Assembly (NCBI GenBank): GCA_900617105.1
Contig: UYFQ01000001.1
Coordinates: 434,001 to 498,000, forward strand
Direction: 5' to 3'
DNA: 64,000 nt
DNA from: Hydrurus foetidus
Lineage: Eukaryota
The notes beneath the pieces are model-generated. The model saw only the letters and a list, made by a program, of their open reading frames with translations. It was not told the origin of the DNA and ran no database searches. Position 1 is the first letter of the stretch; every line of letters starts with the position of its first letter. Below are positions 9,668 through 20,018 of the stretch, one piece after another. Both the position numbers and the translations under genes were made by a program.

Positions 9668-11983
9668 TTAGAACTTGAAGCCCACACCGGCATACACCAT
9701 GCGACCAGCGCCAGGGGTGTAGTGGCCACGGTACAGCGAATCAGCGTAGAGCTTGTTCGTCACGTTATTGACGTTCACCTTCACGGTGATGTCTTGCGTC
9801 ACGTAGTACTCGGCCAACAAATCACCTGTCACGAAGGCGGGAGCCTCCCAGGCCGGTGCGGTCACGTCCGCTGGCGACTGTTTGCCACGGAAGTTGATAC
9901 CGGCACCCAAACGCAGCTTAGGCGTGAACTGGTAGGTGTTCCATACTGTACCGCTGTGGCGAGGCGAGAGACCAGGGCGGTCGCCCACGCGGTTGCCCAC
10001 GGTGGTGGCGGTGGACGCAGCCACGTCCACCACGGCCACAGGCATCCACATGTAAGACAGGTAGGTTTCCCATTCGCGGGTGACTTTGCCCATCACGTCG
10101 ATTTCAACACCCGCGGAATGGCGCTTGCCGGACAGCAGCAAACGTGTGGCTGCGGTGTCAGGGTCGGTGTTGCGCTCATTGCTCTTGGTGGAGCGGAAAA
10201 TTGCCACGCGGGTGGTGAGTTGCTTGCTGGCGCTCTCAAAGCGGGCACCCAGCTCGATGTTTTCACTGCTCTCGGGTGGTGTGTTCGCGCTTTGGGCGTT
10301 GTACGAGTACGCATCGCCCGAGGTGTTGAACGAGGTGCCGTAAGAGAAGTGGTACGACTGCAAATCGCTGGGCTGGAACAGCAGGCCAAAGCGCTTGCTG
10401 GTGGCCGAGATGGATTGCTCGTAGCGGGTCGTCGTCACCGGGTCAGCCGCTACGGTGGGGATGGCGTAGGTGTTGTACTTGCCCAGCATGTTGTCATAAC
10501 GCAAGCCCAGCAGCACCTTCCAGTACGGTGCGACCTGGATCAAATCCTGGCCGTAAATGCCGTAGGCTTTGGACGTGAAATCATTGCCATCGCGCAGCAC
10601 GCGCGAGCCTTCGTTGACGGAAGCACCATCAAACGGCGTACCTGCTGTGGTGACGGGTTTGGTCAAGTCCACACCGCCTTGGGCGGCTGAGCGGGCGGCT
10701 TCCACCATTTTCTTTTCAACCGCAAAGTCCACACCCGTCGTGACGGCGTGTTTGAAGCCTAGGGCGCTGAACTTGGCGGTGAAATCACTCTGCGCGTGCA
10801 GCGTGTCCACATCTTGAATTTTCAGATTGGTGCCCCGTGTGAAGCGGGTACGGTCGCTGAAATTGCTCTGGTCCACGGCCGCCGGGTTGGTCAACGCCGT
10901 GGTGCCCACGCCTGCAAAACGGATCGCGCTGGCACGCAGGTCACGGGTAAAGCTGCCTTTGCGCACCTGGGTTTGCAACTCGCTGTCAGCGCTGAAGCGG
11001 TGCGTGTGTTTGAGTGCCGCCCATTGCGCCACACCGTAACTGTGGTCGCTGGCCAAACCGTAGTAAGCGGTAGGTGCCAAGCCGCTGATGATGGTGTTGG
11101 AGGCCGATGTGTCTGTAGATTTGGGCTTGATCCAAGGCAGGCCGTAGTTGATGCCGTTGCGGTTGTCCAGGTAGTACATGCTGGCCAGAAACTCGTCTTT
11201 TTCGTCGATGCCAAAGCGGTAGGCCGCTGCGATACCGCGTTTGTCAATGCTGCTGCCCGAGCCGTTGTTGTCGCCCGTGTTCACCATCGCATTGAGGCGC
11301 AAAGCCGCCGTCTCACCCGTGCGGATGTTGAAGTCCCCTACAGCACGCTTGTAGCCGTGGCTGCCCAGCGTGGTGGTCACTTCGTGTTCCGTCACCAAAC
11401 GGGGTGCTTTGCTGACCTGGTTCACTGCACCGCCAGTGGATCCTCGGCCAAACAGCATGGACGCAGAGCCGCGCAGCAGCTCAACACGGTCGTTGTTGAA
11501 GGTGTCACGGTCGTAAAAAGCCGGGTCACGCATGCCGTCGATAAAAATATCGCCCGTGGTGGCCAGCGAGAAACCACGCAAACGGATGTCTTCTTCGCCG
11601 CCTTCAGCCGCCTGGAACGTCACGCCTGCGGTGTTGCGCAGCACGTCTTTCACGGTGTCCAGATGGCGGTCTTGAATCAGCTTTTCAGTCACCACAGTGA
11701 TGGACTGGGGAATGTCACGCAGCTCTTGTTTGCCTTTGCCGATGGTGGTGCTGGTGGCACGCACCGTGTCGCGGGCTTGTGCTTTTTCTTTCACCGTCAC
11801 AGGGGCCAGGGTTTTACCCTCGGTGCCTGCGGGTGTTGTTTGGGCCCAGCCGGACACGGATGCGGCGAGCATCAATGTCCCCAGGGGGAGGGCGTTTGAC
11901 AGGGATTGGCGTGCCGTCAACGCGATCGAGGAAGAAGATGTGCGTCGGCTTTTGCGCGACGTGACAGGGTTGTGTTTGGCCAA
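9668..11983 (-). CDS. TonB-dependent siderophore receptor (PiuA/Fiu-like)
   Basis: Plug motifs DIPQSITVV and RVELLRGSASMLFGRGSTGGAVN, terminal Phe; likely TTG start at 11983 behind GGAG. Confidence 0.92.
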   Translation of the reverse strand: MAKHNPVTSRKSRRTSSSSIALTARQSLSNALPLGTLMLAASVSGWAQTTPAGTEGKTLAPVTVKEKAQARDTVRATSTTIGKGKQELRDIPQSITVVTEKLIQDRHLDTVKDVLRNTAGVTFQAAEGGEEDIRLRGFSLATTGDIFIDGMRDPAFYDRDTFNNDRVELLRGSASMLFGRGSTGGAVNQVSKAPRLVTEHEVTTTLGSHGYKRAVGDFNIRTGETAALRLNAMVNTGDNNGSGSSIDKRGIAAAYRFGIDEKDEFLASMYYLDNRNGINYGLPWIKPKSTDTSASNTIISGLAPTAYYGLASDHSYGVAQWAALKHTHRFSADSELQTQVRKGSFTRDLRASAIRFAGVGTTALTNPAAVDQSNFSDRTRFTRGTNLKIQDVDTLHAQSDFTAKFSALGFKHAVTTGVDFAVEKKMVEAARSAAQGGVDLTKPVTTAGTPFDGASVNEGSRVLRDGNDFTSKAYGIYGQDLIQVAPYWKVLLGLRYDNMLGKYNTYAIPTVAADPVTTTRYEQSISATSKRFGLLFQPSDLQSYHFSYGTSFNTSGDAYSYNAQSANTPPESSENIELGARFESASKQLTTRVAIFRSTKSNERNTDPDTAATRLLLSGKRHSAGVEIDVMGKVTREWETYLSYMWMPVAVVDVAASTATTVGNRVGDRPGLSPRHSGTVWNTYQFTPKLRLGAGINFRGKQSPADVTAPAWEAPAFVTGDLLAEYYVTQDITVKVNVNNVTNKLYADSLYRGHYTPGAGRMVYAGVGFKF

Positions 11984-12128
11984 GGTGAGCTCCAGATAAA
12001 AATTACGCAACAGCGCAACAGGCGGGTATCCGGCTGTTGTTCACATGAAATTTGCTGGCTGGGCTGCTTGACAGGATCAAGACGATGGCTTGGCTTGCGG
12101 AGGGTTTTCAGTGACTTATTTTACTGGG

Positions 12129-12147
12129 AATGCGAATCTATCTCATT
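12129..12147. promoter_or_regulatory. Fur box upstream of the piuA-like receptor
   Basis: AATGCGAATCTATCTCATT. Confidence 0.8.
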
Positions 12148-12234
12148 CGTTTCATCGAAAATGTTGCAACGTGACTACAAATCACGTGGTTTTTCTGACC
12201 TTTACGTGGCTCAAGGTAGAGGTGACGATGGGGG

Positions 12235-12573
12235 CTAAGTTGGGTTTGCAGCGGCTGCCTTCGCCAAAAGCTGTGCAAGTGGGCGCAACACCACGGGGCA
12301 GACTGTGAGCGTGAATGCCACTGCCGTTGCACTCGCACATACCAGCATCACCCACAAAAGAGTGCCAAAACCGGCGCCTTCTTGCGCAATGCTCAGAGGC
12401 AATGCACAGAATATTGCTGCTAAATAAATAGCACGTTGTGGCCGCCTGTTATGCAAAAATGGCCTTTTTGATTCTAAAACCATCTCCCAGTGACGCTCTT
12501 GTGCCAGCGCGAGCAGCGCGAAACTGGTCAGCAGCAGTGCGGTGATGGCCAGCAGGCAGAGTGCGTTAAGCAT
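12235..12573 (-). CDS. DUF3325-like iron-uptake membrane protein
   Basis: FALLALAQERHW, three hydrophobic helices, follows a PepSY-TM gene. Confidence 0.75.
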   Translation of the reverse strand: MLNALCLLAITALLLTSFALLALAQERHWEMVLESKRPFLHNRRPQRAIYLAAIFCALPLSIAQEGAGFGTLLWVMLVCASATAVAFTLTVCPVVLRPLAQLLAKAAAANPT

Positions 12574-14206
12574 GTCGTGTCACCTTGGCTGTGCTTGCAT
12601 GGCTGTGTGGCACCGCCATCGCTGGGGCGACCGGCAGGCGTGACTTGGCTGGTGTCATGGGTTGTTTGAGCGCTCCTTTGCGCCGGAGGTGCCGTGCCGT
12701 CCACGCGGCCAAACCGGCACCCAGCAGCAACAGCACATCCATCCCCAGCACCGCCCATTGGCCCGCCATCAGGCTGCGCAAGGGGTGGTCGCCAGTGGTG
12801 ATGCCGTTCAGCAGCACGGCCAGCACGGCGGTGACTGCAATGGTGGCGCACTGCTCTAGCCACACGGCGCTTTGGCGCCATGCCGCGTGGCCCAAAGTGG
12901 CGAGCCACACCATGTAGAAAATCCACACTTCCAGCTCAGACCGGTCAGCACCGGCCCAGCTCGCATCCGCGCTCAGCAGGCGGTTGGCGATAAAGAACGC
13001 CAGCGTAGCGATGATGATGCCAGTCACGCTGAAGGCGGTTAACGCCTCGACAACCCGCACCCCCGCCAGGCCCTTTTTGGCGTGACTGGCTCGGCGCGAG
13101 GCCAGCCAGAACAAGAAACCCGTGGCGATCATCACGCAGCCCGCCAAGCCCGCTACAAAATACAGCCAGCGCAACGTCCAGTGGTCAAACTGGACGAAAT
13201 GCAGACCCGAAATAAAACGCTGTGCCGTGATAACAGGGGCTGCCTCAAAACGCTTGATCAGCTTGCCCGTGCTGGCATCAAAGTACGCTTGATCGACCGT
13301 CATGGTTACGCGGTCTTCGTAGCCTCGGCGAATCTCGATATAGCTGTTGGCATCGCCGGGGTGCCATACCCGAACTTGCCGCGTTTTACTGCCTTGCCAA
13401 GGTTCTTCGGCTACGGCGATCATGGCATCAAGCGAGGCCAAACTGTCACCGGCTTGCTTGGCTTTAGGGCGTTTGTACTGGCCATAGGCTTCGGCGTTGA
13501 ACGTTTGGCGTGCCTCTTTTGCATCTTTGGTCTGAGGGTAGGCTGCTTGGTAGCTGCTGGGGAAATACATCGCAAACATGATGACCAGCCCTGAAAGCGC
13601 AATCACAAAATGAAAGGGCATGACCAGCACGCCTGTCAGGTTGTGCAAGTCCAGGCTGGCGCGTTGCATGTGTTTTTTGGGGCGGAACAAAAAGAAATCT
13701 GCAAAAATTTTGCGGTGAATCACCACACCAGACACCACCATCACCATCATGGCCATGCCCGCCAAACCCACCAGCCAGTAGCCCAAATCCATCCACTTCA
13801 GGTGTAACCGGAAATGAAACGGGAAGATAAAACCGCTGCCTGCCAGCGTGTCGGTGTGGGCCAGCACTTGGCCGGTGATCGGGTCAAGGTAGCGCCTCTC
13901 ATCGGTGTCCCCTTTGCCACGCCACCGCAGCTCTATCGCAGGTTGGCGCTCTGTGGGCATGCGCACAAACCAATGCGGACTGCCTTTGGACAAGCGCATG
14001 GCTGTTTCTGTGATTGCCCCGTCAAGGTGGACAGGGGATGCGGTGGCCGATGCTGTTAGGCGCGTGCCCGGCACCATCCAGCGGTCAATTTCTTTGTCAA
14101 ATACTGACAAACTGCCCATCCAGAAAATGACGAACAGCAAGCTGCCAATGACAACACCTGACCAGGTGTGTAACCAGGCCATGGATTTGCGAAAAGTGGG
14201 TTCCAT
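12566..14206 (-). CDS. PepSY-associated TM helix protein (putative ferric-siderophore reductase)
   Basis: FRKSMAWLHTWSG, LDLHNLTGV, LHFVQF..LRWLYF. Confidence 0.92.
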   Translation of the reverse strand: MEPTFRKSMAWLHTWSGVVIGSLLFVIFWMGSLSVFDKEIDRWMVPGTRLTASATASPVHLDGAITETAMRLSKGSPHWFVRMPTERQPAIELRWRGKGDTDERRYLDPITGQVLAHTDTLAGSGFIFPFHFRLHLKWMDLGYWLVGLAGMAMMVMVVSGVVIHRKIFADFFLFRPKKHMQRASLDLHNLTGVLVMPFHFVIALSGLVIMFAMYFPSSYQAAYPQTKDAKEARQTFNAEAYGQYKRPKAKQAGDSLASLDAMIAVAEEPWQGSKTRQVRVWHPGDANSYIEIRRGYEDRVTMTVDQAYFDASTGKLIKRFEAAPVITAQRFISGLHFVQFDHWTLRWLYFVAGLAGCVMIATGFLFWLASRRASHAKKGLAGVRVVEALTAFSVTGIIIATLAFFIANRLLSADASWAGADRSELEVWIFYMVWLATLGHAAWRQSAVWLEQCATIAVTAVLAVLLNGITTGDHPLRSLMAGQWAVLGMDVLLLLGAGLAAWTARHLRRKGALKQPMTPAKSRLPVAPAMAVPHSHASTAKVTRHA

Positions 14207-14218
14207 TGAAAATCTCCC

Positions 14219-14602
14219 TCAGGCTTGCAGCAGTTGGGTGAGGCCATAGGCCAGAGTGATGCCCGCAGTCAGCATGACCCACAGCCGCCCCAGGCTGCGC
14301 GCGCTGAACGCCCACAGCAGCACCAGCAGGTAAACCACAAAACCCAGCATGGCCGATAAAACCACAGCTTCGCTGCGGGACAGACTCGTCACACGGGGTA
14401 ACGCGACCGACAACAGCGCCACCCACACGGCGCACAGTGCGTAGCCACCACCCACCGCAGCGACCACTCGGAGCACGGTGCGCAACGTCTTGCTGAGCGA
14501 CCGAGGGAGCACCCACCCACGGGCAAATGTTGGTGCATCGGGGGACGACGGTGAGGTGGCTAGAGTAGGCGGTACAGGCAATATGGGCAGTTCAGACGGC
14601 AT
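14219..14602 (-). CDS. DUF3649-like membrane protein
   Basis: RVVAAVGGGYAL, RSEAVVLSAMLGF, LWAFSARS. Confidence 0.8.
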   Translation of the reverse strand: MPSELPILPVPPTLATSPSSPDAPTFARGWVLPRSLSKTLRTVLRVVAAVGGGYALCAVWVALLSVALPRVTSLSRSEAVVLSAMLGFVVYLLVLLWAFSARSLGRLWVMLTAGITLAYGLTQLLQA

Positions 14603-14628
14603 GGCAGCGCGCTCCTGGGTCAGGTCAG

Positions 14629-15384
14629 TTACTTCATCACATTGGGTTTGGCTGCGGGAGATGCGGGCAAGGCCGGCCAGCCTTCCGTTTGCGTGACGGT
14701 CAGCGAGGTGACGTAGCTGGCGCGCTCAAACTTCTCGATGCTACCGGCGCTAATGCGCTCGCTACCCGCGTTGTCGACGTGCTTGGCTTCCAGCACGTAG
14801 TTGCCTTTCCAGGGCAGGCTGACTGTGAACTTGCCTTGCTCATCGGTTTTGTAGTCCTTGGCCCAGCCCAGCGGCGTGACCAGATCGACTTTGACTTTGG
14901 GCAGTGCTTGGCCTTTGTAGAAGACCTGCATTTCCACACCGTCGTTGCTGCGCTGCCCGGTGGGCACCACATCCAGCGTGAGTTGAGGCGCTTGCTTGTC
15001 GAACGTGGTCAGCAAGCGGGCGGCAGGCATGTAGGCCGTGCGGATCACTTTGTCGCCGTCTTTGCGCTCGGTGATGGGGTAGCGGGCATCTTCGGCGACC
15101 AGCGATTCACCCTTGGCCGCTGCGGCGGACAGCGCAAAACCCGTGGCTGTTTTGGTAACAGTCAACGGCTGTGCGGTGGCTCCGATACGCTGAGCGGTGG
15201 GGGCCACGAATTTGTCCAGCAAGCCAGGCGAGGTTTCGCGCAAGTTGTCGCCAAACTCACCAAAATAAAGCTTGGCACCGCTCGCGTCTTGCTCTAACCA
15301 GATTTGATGGGCTTGGGCGGAGGCGGTGGTGAGCAGCAGGGCCGCAACGAGGCTGAGGTGATAACGGGACAGGCGGTGTGACAT
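14629..15384 (-). CDS. DUF4198-like periplasmic protein
   Basis: Signal peptide then AHQIWLE..LYFGEF; TDEQGK; YVTSLT. Confidence 0.8.
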   Translation of the reverse strand: MSHRLSRYHLSLVAALLLTTASAQAHQIWLEQDASGAKLYFGEFGDNLRETSPGLLDKFVAPTAQRIGATAQPLTVTKTATGFALSAAAAKGESLVAEDARYPITERKDGDKVIRTAYMPAARLLTTFDKQAPQLTLDVVPTGQRSNDGVEMQVFYKGQALPKVKVDLVTPLGWAKDYKTDEQGKFTVSLPWKGNYVLEAKHVDNAGSERISAGSIEKFERASYVTSLTVTQTEGWPALPASPAAKPNVMK

Positions 15385-15521
15385 GGTGGTGCTTTCTTGA
15401 GGTTGGTTAAAAGAACAAAATTAAAAAGGATGAAGCAGGGATAAAGCAGGGGTGCAACATTGATGTCCTGGTAAAGGGCGCTATTGCTTCTGGCTTCTGA
15501 GCAGATAGGCTAATTTGCGGC

Positions 15522-17609
15522 TTAAAACTCGAAAGAAGAGTTCAGCGAGACTGTGCGTGTGGTGCCGGGGTAGATGCCCTGTGCCGCCAGTGCGCTTTCG
15601 TAGTAAACCTTGTTGGCGATGTTGTCTACCTTCAGCGTCACGCGCCACTTTTTGCTGCGGTACCAAACCGAGGCATCCCAGCGGGTGTAGCTGGGCAGCA
15701 CAAACGAATCCACCTCAGCCCCTTCGCGCTCGCCCACATAGCGTGTGCCTAGGCCGCCACCCCAGCCGCGCAGGGCTTCAGATTGCAGCTCGTAGCTGGT
15801 CCACAGACCAGCGCCTTTGTCGGGTACGTTTTGCAGGCGACGGCCCATCACTGTGGCGCGGGTATCTTGCGTCACGCGGGCGGTGTTCAGCGAGAGGTTG
15901 CCGACCACGCTCAGGCCGGGCAATGGGGTGCCTGATACATCCAGTTCCACGCCTTTGCTGGTGACTTCACCCGCCTGCACGCTGTAGCCGGTGTGGGCGG
16001 AATCGGTAACAACCACGTTGGTCTTTTTGATCTGGTAGGCCGCGACGGTAGCACTGAGCTTGCCGTCGAACCAATCCGATTTAGCCCCGACTTCAAGCTG
16101 TTTGCCTTGGGTCGGTTTGAACTTGTCGCCCGCAAAGGTGGTGCCGGTGACGGGTAAAAAAGATTCGCTGTAGCTGCTGTAGATCGACAGGTTACTCGCC
16201 GGTTGCCACACCACCCCGGCACGCGGCGACAGCGACTGGGTGCGTGCCGTGGTGTCGCTTTGGGTGAGGCGGTTGTCCGACCGGTTGCTGGTGGCATCGC
16301 TGCGCACACCGAGCAGGGCTTTCCATTGCGGTGCAATGTCGATCAAGTCTTGTGCATAAAAGGCTGTGGTTTGCAGCACTGACAGGCTGTCCGTGGTGGT
16401 TTTGAATGCCCCAGCCGTTACAAAATTGCCAATCACTGGGTTGTAGATGTTCACGCTGTTCGAGGCAGGTGTGGTGTTTGCTTGGCGAAAAAAGAACGGG
16501 GTACGCTGGCGATCCCAGTCCAACCCCAGCAGGGTCTGGTGCCGGGTGCCACCCAGGCGCATATCGCCGTACAACTCCAGCTGCGAGGTGATTTGCGTTT
16601 CTGCCGACCGGCGCTCGCGCCTATCGCGTTTGATGCTGCCGTCAGCGGCAACGGGTGTGAGGAACTGTGTGCGCTGGTCAGCGTCTTTGGTGTAAGAAGC
16701 CCGCAGTGCGTGTTTGATCCACCATTCGCTGTTCAGTTTGTGGTTGATGGTGTAGCCCAGCAGGCTTTCTTCTACCTTGCGGTAATCCGACGGCTCACCC
16801 AGAAAGCGCGTGACGGGGATGGGCGCGGGCAGGCGGCCCAGGTTGGGGATACCCCGGTCAAACAGGCGGCGGTCGTTCAGTGTTTCAAGCTCCACGCTCA
16901 CCTGGGTCTCGGTGGTGGGGCGCCACGTCGCCACGCCGGATAAAAATTGACGGTCTGAAAACGAAATATCACGAAAATTGCCACCGTGCTCAAACGCACC
17001 GTTGAGCCGGATGCCGACTTTGCGGTCATCGCTGACGGTGGACACATCAAAGCTTGGCCGGGTCAGCCCGTGGCTGTCAACGCTCAGCCCTGCGGCGTAG
17101 CGCGGCACAAACAGCGGCTGCTTGGTCACGTAATTCAGCGTGCCTCCCGGCTCCACCCGTCCAAACAGCACCGAGGCGGGGCCTTTGAGGACTTCTATTT
17201 GCTCGATGTTGGCGGTGTCGCGCATGGACTCACGGCGGTCGGGGTAGCCGTCGCGCAGGTATTCACTGCTGACTGCGAAACCCCGAAAAATGAAGTTGTC
17301 GCCAAAGTTGGCATTACCCCGGTACACGCCACTCACGTTTTGCACGATCTCGTGCGGGCGAAAGGCGGCTTGGTCGTCCATCACTTGTCGAGGGATGACC
17401 TGTATGGCGACGGGAATGTCTTTCAGCGGTGCCGAAAACTTGGTCGCAGAGGAGGCTTCCTCTTCTTTGAAGTTGCCACTGCTGCCTTCGGAGATGCGTA
17501 CTTCTTTCAGGCGCTGTTCGGCGCTGGTGGTGGTTTGGGCGACGGCGCTTGCAGGGTAGGCCGCGCACAGCGCCAGCAGCAGGGGTGTGAAGGAGGAGTT
17601 GAAAGCCAT
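15522..17609 (-). CDS. TonB-dependent siderophore receptor
   Basis: IEQIEVLKGPASVLFGRVEPGGTLNYVTKQP; terminal F. Confidence 0.93.
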   Translation of the reverse strand: MAFNSSFTPLLLALCAAYPASAVAQTTTSAEQRLKEVRISEGSSGNFKEEEASSATKFSAPLKDIPVAIQVIPRQVMDDQAAFRPHEIVQNVSGVYRGNANFGDNFIFRGFAVSSEYLRDGYPDRRESMRDTANIEQIEVLKGPASVLFGRVEPGGTLNYVTKQPLFVPRYAAGLSVDSHGLTRPSFDVSTVSDDRKVGIRLNGAFEHGGNFRDISFSDRQFLSGVATWRPTTETQVSVELETLNDRRLFDRGIPNLGRLPAPIPVTRFLGEPSDYRKVEESLLGYTINHKLNSEWWIKHALRASYTKDADQRTQFLTPVAADGSIKRDRRERRSAETQITSQLELYGDMRLGGTRHQTLLGLDWDRQRTPFFFRQANTTPASNSVNIYNPVIGNFVTAGAFKTTTDSLSVLQTTAFYAQDLIDIAPQWKALLGVRSDATSNRSDNRLTQSDTTARTQSLSPRAGVVWQPASNLSIYSSYSESFLPVTGTTFAGDKFKPTQGKQLEVGAKSDWFDGKLSATVAAYQIKKTNVVVTDSAHTGYSVQAGEVTSKGVELDVSGTPLPGLSVVGNLSLNTARVTQDTRATVMGRRLQNVPDKGAGLWTSYELQSEALRGWGGGLGTRYVGEREGAEVDSFVLPSYTRWDASVWYRSKKWRVTLKVDNIANKVYYESALAAQGIYPGTTRTVSLNSSFEF

Positions 17610-17613
17610 GATT

Positions 17614-17670
17614 GCTATTGAATAAGTAGCTGTAAATGCTTATGAATAAAGCTTTAATGGCCTTTTTGAT
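17614..17670 (+). repeat. Intergenic copy of the dispersed ~57-bp motif
   Basis: GCTATTGAATAAGTAGC TGTAAAT GC TTATGAATAAA GC TTTAATGGCCTTTTT. Confidence 0.75.
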
Positions 17671-17759
17671 TGAATCTCAGGCCAGTCACTGTTGTGGCGC
17701 TGTCAGCGTGCTGCTGCCATGCGTGGCATGTGTTGTTTCAAGGGTTTCATGGTTCGTCC

Positions 17760-19916
17760 TTAAAACTTCATCCGCAGCGTGACCTGCAATTCACGCGGTG
17801 CGCCGGGCAAGATCAGGTTGTCGTTGCTGCCGTGGCTGGAGACGATGTAGGACTTGTTGGTGAAGTTTTTCAGGTTGGCGCTCACCTCATAGCCTTTGGT
17901 TTTGTAGTTGCCTGCCAAGTCGCCGGTCAAGTAGGCCGGTAGTGTGACGAGGTTGGTGAGCGAGGTGAAGCGCTCGCCCATGTAGTTCAGGCCACCGCCC
18001 ACGCTGAAGGTGCCGTCGCCAAAGCTGCCCAAGTCTTTCATGCCCCAGATGAAGCCTGAGTTTTTGGGTGTCAGTGCAGGTATCTTGCCCAGCGATGGCA
18101 CGCTGATCACGGGCAGCTGCGACGAGCTGACACTGGCCACCGACTCCACCATGCGGCCTGCCAGGTAAGCGTAGCCCGCGCTCACATCCCAACGACCAGG
18201 CAACTTGCCATTGGCCGTCAGTTCCAGCCCGTTGGTGCGTTGCTTGCCCACGTTAATCATCAATGCCGGGTTGGCAGGGTCTGTGTTTTTGATGTTGGTG
18301 CGTTGCAGGTTGAAGAGCGCAGCGGTGATGTTCAAGCGGCCATCGAGCAAGTCCAGCTTGGTGCCGATTTCACGGTTTTGGGTGATCTCGGGTGCGTTGG
18401 CTGCGTTGTTGGCCGCCAGCGCAAAGGTTTCAGCTGAAGGCTGGAACGATTTGCTGACCGACACGTAATACGACTGGGTTTCACTGGGTTGCCACACCAG
18501 TCCGGCACGGGGGCTGAAAGCCTTGTCGGTGCGGCCCAGGCCTGCGAGCTTGCGCTCGAACGTGGTGCTTTGCTTGAAGCTGTCGTACCGCGCACCCACC
18601 AGTGCTTTCCATTGTGGGCTGAGGGTGAGTTGGTTTTGGGCGTAGAGGCCCACCGTGTCTTGTACCGTGTGGCTGGGGATGGCTGAATCAGCCAAATAAG
18701 CCGATGCGGCAATCGCCGGGGGCACCACGCTGCCAGGGTTCAGGAGGCTCACACGGTCTACCGTGCCGCCTGAGACCGATTCGGCACGCCGTTTTTGTTG
18801 CCCCAACTCCAGGCCCATCAACCACTCTTGCTTGAAGCTGCCCAGCTTGTTTTTGTAGACGAAATCGGTTTGGTTGAACATGCCGCTTTCATCGCGCAAG
18901 ATGAAGCTGCGGGTGCGGCCCACCGTCATCGTCACCGGGTCGGTGGTGCCGCCGGGCAGAGTGTTGTAGCGGTCTAGTGCGTAGGTGTAGGTGCGGCTGG
19001 TGTTGCGCACGCTCCAGGCATCGTTGAAGCGGTGGTTCAGCGTGGCGGTGAAGTTCTGTACTTGGCTGGTGGTCGTGTCGTCGCGGGCGGCGTTGGCCGA
19101 GCCGTAGTAGGTGTTGGCGGGCACGTTGACGGGCTTGCCGTTCAAGGCAGGAATGCCGAAATCGGTCACACGCTGGTCGCGGGCGTTGCTGTATTGCAGC
19201 AGCAAATCGGTATCGGGCGTGAACTTAAAGGCCACGGAAGGTGCGATGCTGTAGCGCTTGTTGAACTGCTGGTCGCGGTAGCTTTTGGAATCTTCCAGGG
19301 CCGCGTTGATACGGAAGGCGGCGGCATCGTTGATGGCAGCATTCACATCGGCCGTGGTGCGCTTGTAGCCAAAACTGCCCAGGCCGAAGGTGACTTCACC
19401 AAAAGTGTCGCCAAACTTGGGTTTTTTGGTGACGCGGTTAATCAATCCACCCGATGAGCCTCGGCCATACAACACAGCGGCAGGGCCTTTCAAGACCTCG
19501 ACGCTTTCGATGTTGGACAGGTCGCGGAAGTACAGCGCGTCATCGCGCACGCCGTCTAAAAACTGGTCGGCAATCGCCGTGAAGCCACGAATCACCACCT
19601 GGTCACGTTGACCGTCACCGCTGCTGAACACCACACCCGGCACGTTGCGCAGCGCGTCTTGCATCGAGCGCACGCCTTGGTCACGCATGAGCTGCTCGGG
19701 CACCACGTTCACGGCCTGGGGAATGTCACGCAGTGGTGCGCTGCCTTTGGTGGCGGTGTTGCTGGTGGCAGGCGAATAGCCCGCGTCTTTGCCCGAATTA
19801 ACGGTGACTTCTTTGAGGGTTTGGGGGCTGGTGCCCTGCGCAGCGGCGAGGCCGTGCAGAAAGCAAAAAGTGGCAGCGGCCAGTGGGCTCAGGCGAGCGG
19901 GCAGGGGCAAAGACAT
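17760..19916 (-). CDS. TonB-dependent siderophore receptor (Fiu-like)
   Basis: DIPQAVNVV, IESVEVLKGPAAVLYGRGSSGGLINRVTKKP; terminal F. Confidence 0.93.
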   Translation of the reverse strand: MSLPLPARLSPLAAATFCFLHGLAAAQGTSPQTLKEVTVNSGKDAGYSPATSNTATKGSAPLRDIPQAVNVVPEQLMRDQGVRSMQDALRNVPGVVFSSGDGQRDQVVIRGFTAIADQFLDGVRDDALYFRDLSNIESVEVLKGPAAVLYGRGSSGGLINRVTKKPKFGDTFGEVTFGLGSFGYKRTTADVNAAINDAAAFRINAALEDSKSYRDQQFNKRYSIAPSVAFKFTPDTDLLLQYSNARDQRVTDFGIPALNGKPVNVPANTYYGSANAARDDTTTSQVQNFTATLNHRFNDAWSVRNTSRTYTYALDRYNTLPGGTTDPVTMTVGRTRSFILRDESGMFNQTDFVYKNKLGSFKQEWLMGLELGQQKRRAESVSGGTVDRVSLLNPGSVVPPAIAASAYLADSAIPSHTVQDTVGLYAQNQLTLSPQWKALVGARYDSFKQSTTFERKLAGLGRTDKAFSPRAGLVWQPSETQSYYVSVSKSFQPSAETFALAANNAANAPEITQNREIGTKLDLLDGRLNITAALFNLQRTNIKNTDPANPALMINVGKQRTNGLELTANGKLPGRWDVSAGYAYLAGRMVESVASVSSSQLPVISVPSLGKIPALTPKNSGFIWGMKDLGSFGDGTFSVGGGLNYMGERFTSLTNLVTLPAYLTGDLAGNYKTKGYEVSANLKNFTNKSYIVSSHGSNDNLILPGAPRELQVTLRMKF

Positions 19917-19999
19917 CGGAACTCCGTCGATTTAAAACACTGGCTGGCTTTAAATGACGCGAGGGTCTGGCTGGCTGACGGCTAAGAGTTTACCTTGTA

Positions 20000-20018
20000 A
20001 ATGAGAATTGTTAACATT
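20000..20018. promoter_or_regulatory. Fur box upstream of the receptor operon
   Basis: AATGAGAATTGTTAACATT. Confidence 0.75.
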
